Of a stretch of DNA of 64,000 bases, positions 61,549-64,000 are shown one piece after another; position 1 is the first letter of the stretch; each line of letters opens with the position of its first letter. The notes beneath the pieces were generated by a model that saw only the letters and a program-made list of their open reading frames with translations, ran no database searches and was not told where the DNA came from. The stretch is taken from NCBI RefSeq assembly GCF_030028105.1, contig NW_027278579.1, forward strand, positions 1 to 64,000, written 5' to 3'. Origin of the DNA: Mobula birostris (taxonomy: Eukaryota). A program made the translations under genes and the position numbers.

Positions 61549-61811
61549 AAAGAAGTCCCCTCTAAAGTTGGTTCTCTGGGCACAGAATGTCTGGTCAGAC
61601 AGAGAGGGAGTTGCACTGTCGTGTGACAACCCATCCAGAGGATGAGCTCTGGGACTAACATGAGGAATACAGGGATCTGCTGGGGTTTGCTGTGGAGTCA
61701 GGACAAGGGGAGGGGAAGCTGGGAGTGTGAAAGCTTACACTGCCTCCCTGTGATTCAGTACAGAGAACAAGGTCCAGAGTGGGGAGGACCTTAGCTGCTG
61801 TCAGGGCTTAT

Positions 61812-62410
61812 TAGGAGATCGAAGAGATTCGGCATGTCAACAAATACACTCCAAAACTTCTATAGTTGTACCGTGGAGAGCATTCTGACAGGCTGCATCA
61901 CTGTCTGGAATGGAGGGGCTACTGCACAGGACCGAAAGAAGCTGCAGAGGGTTGTAAATCTAGTCAGCTCCATCTTGGGCACTAGCCTACAAAGTACCCA
62001 GGACACCTTCAGGGAGCGGTGTCTCAGAAAGGCAGCGTCCATTATTAAGGATCTCCAGCACCCAGGACATGTCCTTTTCTCACTGTTACCATCAGGTAGG
62101 AGGTACAGAAGCCTGAAGCCACACACTCAGCAATTCAGGAACAGCTTCTTCCCCTCGGCAATCTGATTCCTGAATGGACATTGAAGCTTTGGATACTACC
62201 TCACCTTTTTTAATGTACAGTATTTCCGTTTTTTCACAGTTTTAAAAATCTATTCAATATATGTAATTGATTTTACTTGTTTATTTACTGCTATGTTTTA
62301 TTTTATTTATTATTTTTTTTCTCTCTGCTAGATTCTGTATCGCATTGAACTGCTGCTACTAAGTTAACAAATTTCACGTCACATGCCGGTGATAATAAAC
62401 CTGATTCTGA
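61812..62410 (+). mobile_element. Rex1-like LINE 3' end inserted in the ERV integrase
   Basis: ORF 61834-62166; tail aataaacctgattctgatt. Confidence 0.85.
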
Positions 62411-64000
62411 TTAGTTGTGGTGAGGATTGCCTCGATCCATCTACTAAGCATATCTACGATCACTAAGCAATATTTGTAACAATGCACTCTAGGTAGTTCA
62501 ATGAAATCAATTTGTAAACAGGAAAAAGGGGGCCTCCAGGCAAGGGAGTGGTGCCCAACAAACAGGGTGTCCCTTTTCCCACACTATTCTTACGGCATAT
62601 TAAACATGCTTTTGCCCTCTTCACTGCTGCTGCTGCAATTTCGGATGCCACTATGTTTGCAGCAAACTGTTTGCCCTTCCCTCCTTTCCGAGGTGTGTAC
62701 AGGTATGTATATAATGAAGGAGAATTGGTAGAGATTGGGTAGGGACGCAGGGGTGTACCAGAGGCCCATCACGGAACCCTCCTTACAGCCCATCTGTGAC
62801 ATTCCCTCCTCAGGGGCGTCCCCCTGAAACGGACGTGTGACTTGCATGTCCGTCATACCCATGCTGTCTGAAAGGCACAAGGGGTTTTGGCGGGGCCCCA
62901 GCGGGACTATAATCTCGAGTGTCTGGGCTGCAGCTTTTGCAGCCTCATCAGCCAGGGCGTTACCGCTGGAGATTGTATCAGTCTGACAGGTATGAGCGGA
63001 GCATTTGATAATGGCCAGCGTTTTTTGGAAGTTGCGAGGCAATGAGGAGATTCTGTACAAACGTAGCATTGCTAATGGGATGTCCTGAGGAGGTGAGGAA
63101 ACCCCAGCATTCCCAAAGCGCACCGTAGTCATGAGCTACCCGGAAGGCGTATGGAGAATCAGTGTAGATGTTTGCACGTATGTTGGCATCGAGGGTGCAG
63201 GCAAGAGTGAGGGCAAATAACTCAGCTTTTTTGTGCTGACATGGCTGGTTGAAAGGCTGTCTGCTCAAGCACCGTGTCATCTGTGACCACAGCACAGCCG
63301 CGACATCGACATATGTTGGGATCCTGCAGCGGTTGGTCCGTGAGGTCCTCGCGGGCTGTAGCGAGGAGTTGATTTCGCAGCACGCAATCGTGTTCAGAAC
63401 CGTTTTGCAACCTGGGGTGGCGACGTTAGGAAAGTGGCGCAGTGATAAAACGTCAGCAACGTGTTGCTCAGTAAGGCTGTCTCATAGCGACTTTGTCGTG
63501 CCTGAGTGAGGTGCTGTGTCTGTCGGAGGTCAAAAGCTCCAACGAGTGGGAAGCGAGCACATTTACAGGGCTGATGTAGGGTATTATTAGAAGCCGCAGT
63601 TTCCAGAGTCTCGCCTATCTTCCCTGAAACTCCACCCATAGGGGTCATGTCCGTTGGTATGTTCGTTCAGATCCCTCGAACCGCGAGAGGTCAATGGTGG
63701 GTAAGGAAAGCAGGAATCCACGTTCCAACATTATCTCATGATCGAGGGTGGAAGTGGTTGCCCCTGTGTCAATCATAAGTGGAAGTTGAATTCCAGCAAG
63801 CTGAACGATTATGCTGGGTTCCTCTTGCGGGTCGCTACTTACAACGGGCAACATTTTCGAGGGTCAGTTAGCAAAAGGATTGTTCATGGAGAAAGGGGTG
63901 ACGGTCCAGTTTGAAACTGGGCATCTTTGCTGTCCACAGGGGCCCAGTTCTTCGCTCAGGGATAAAGTCATTGGGGTGGTCCCCTTATTGCCATCACCTG
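62411..64000 (-). mobile_element. ERV gag end, protease, RNase H and integrase N-terminus; RT core deleted
   Basis: PLMIDTGATTSTL (protease); AELFAL..NIYTDSPYAF..HDYGALW..GNALADEAAK (RNase H); CLICRK (IN zinc finger). Confidence 0.85.

Overview
This is vertebrate genomic DNA. Its repeat content (CR1/HER1-like and Rex1-like LINEs, HE1-like V-SINEs, Penelope-like elements) and gene style point to a cartilaginous fish, probably a ray; that assignment is inference. Reading 5' to 3': (i) the last four coding exons of an SLC43A1/LAT3-like amino-acid transporter, set in C-rich minisatellites; (ii) a ~94-bp tandem repeat, decayed hAT and Tigger transposases, one intact tRNA-Thr(UGU) plus two degenerate copies, and a G-rich higher-order satellite; (iii) two tandem paralogues of an unusual immune-type gene; (iv) decayed gamma/epsilon-like endogenous retrovirus pieces. 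In the immune-type gene, a TRIM RING-B-box-coiled-coil is followed by a broken B30.2 exon and then by NLR/ribonuclease-inhibitor-type LRR exons, with no NACHT exon. Copy 1 (34383-47257) can be spliced with GT-AG sites into an uninterrupted 669-aa RBCC-LRR chimera, although the joining donor is weak. Copy 2 (from 53864) has a RING C16G change and an ERV in its LRR intron. This putative TRIM-LRR fusion is the main candidate novel system. All calls were made by eye, with no database searches.
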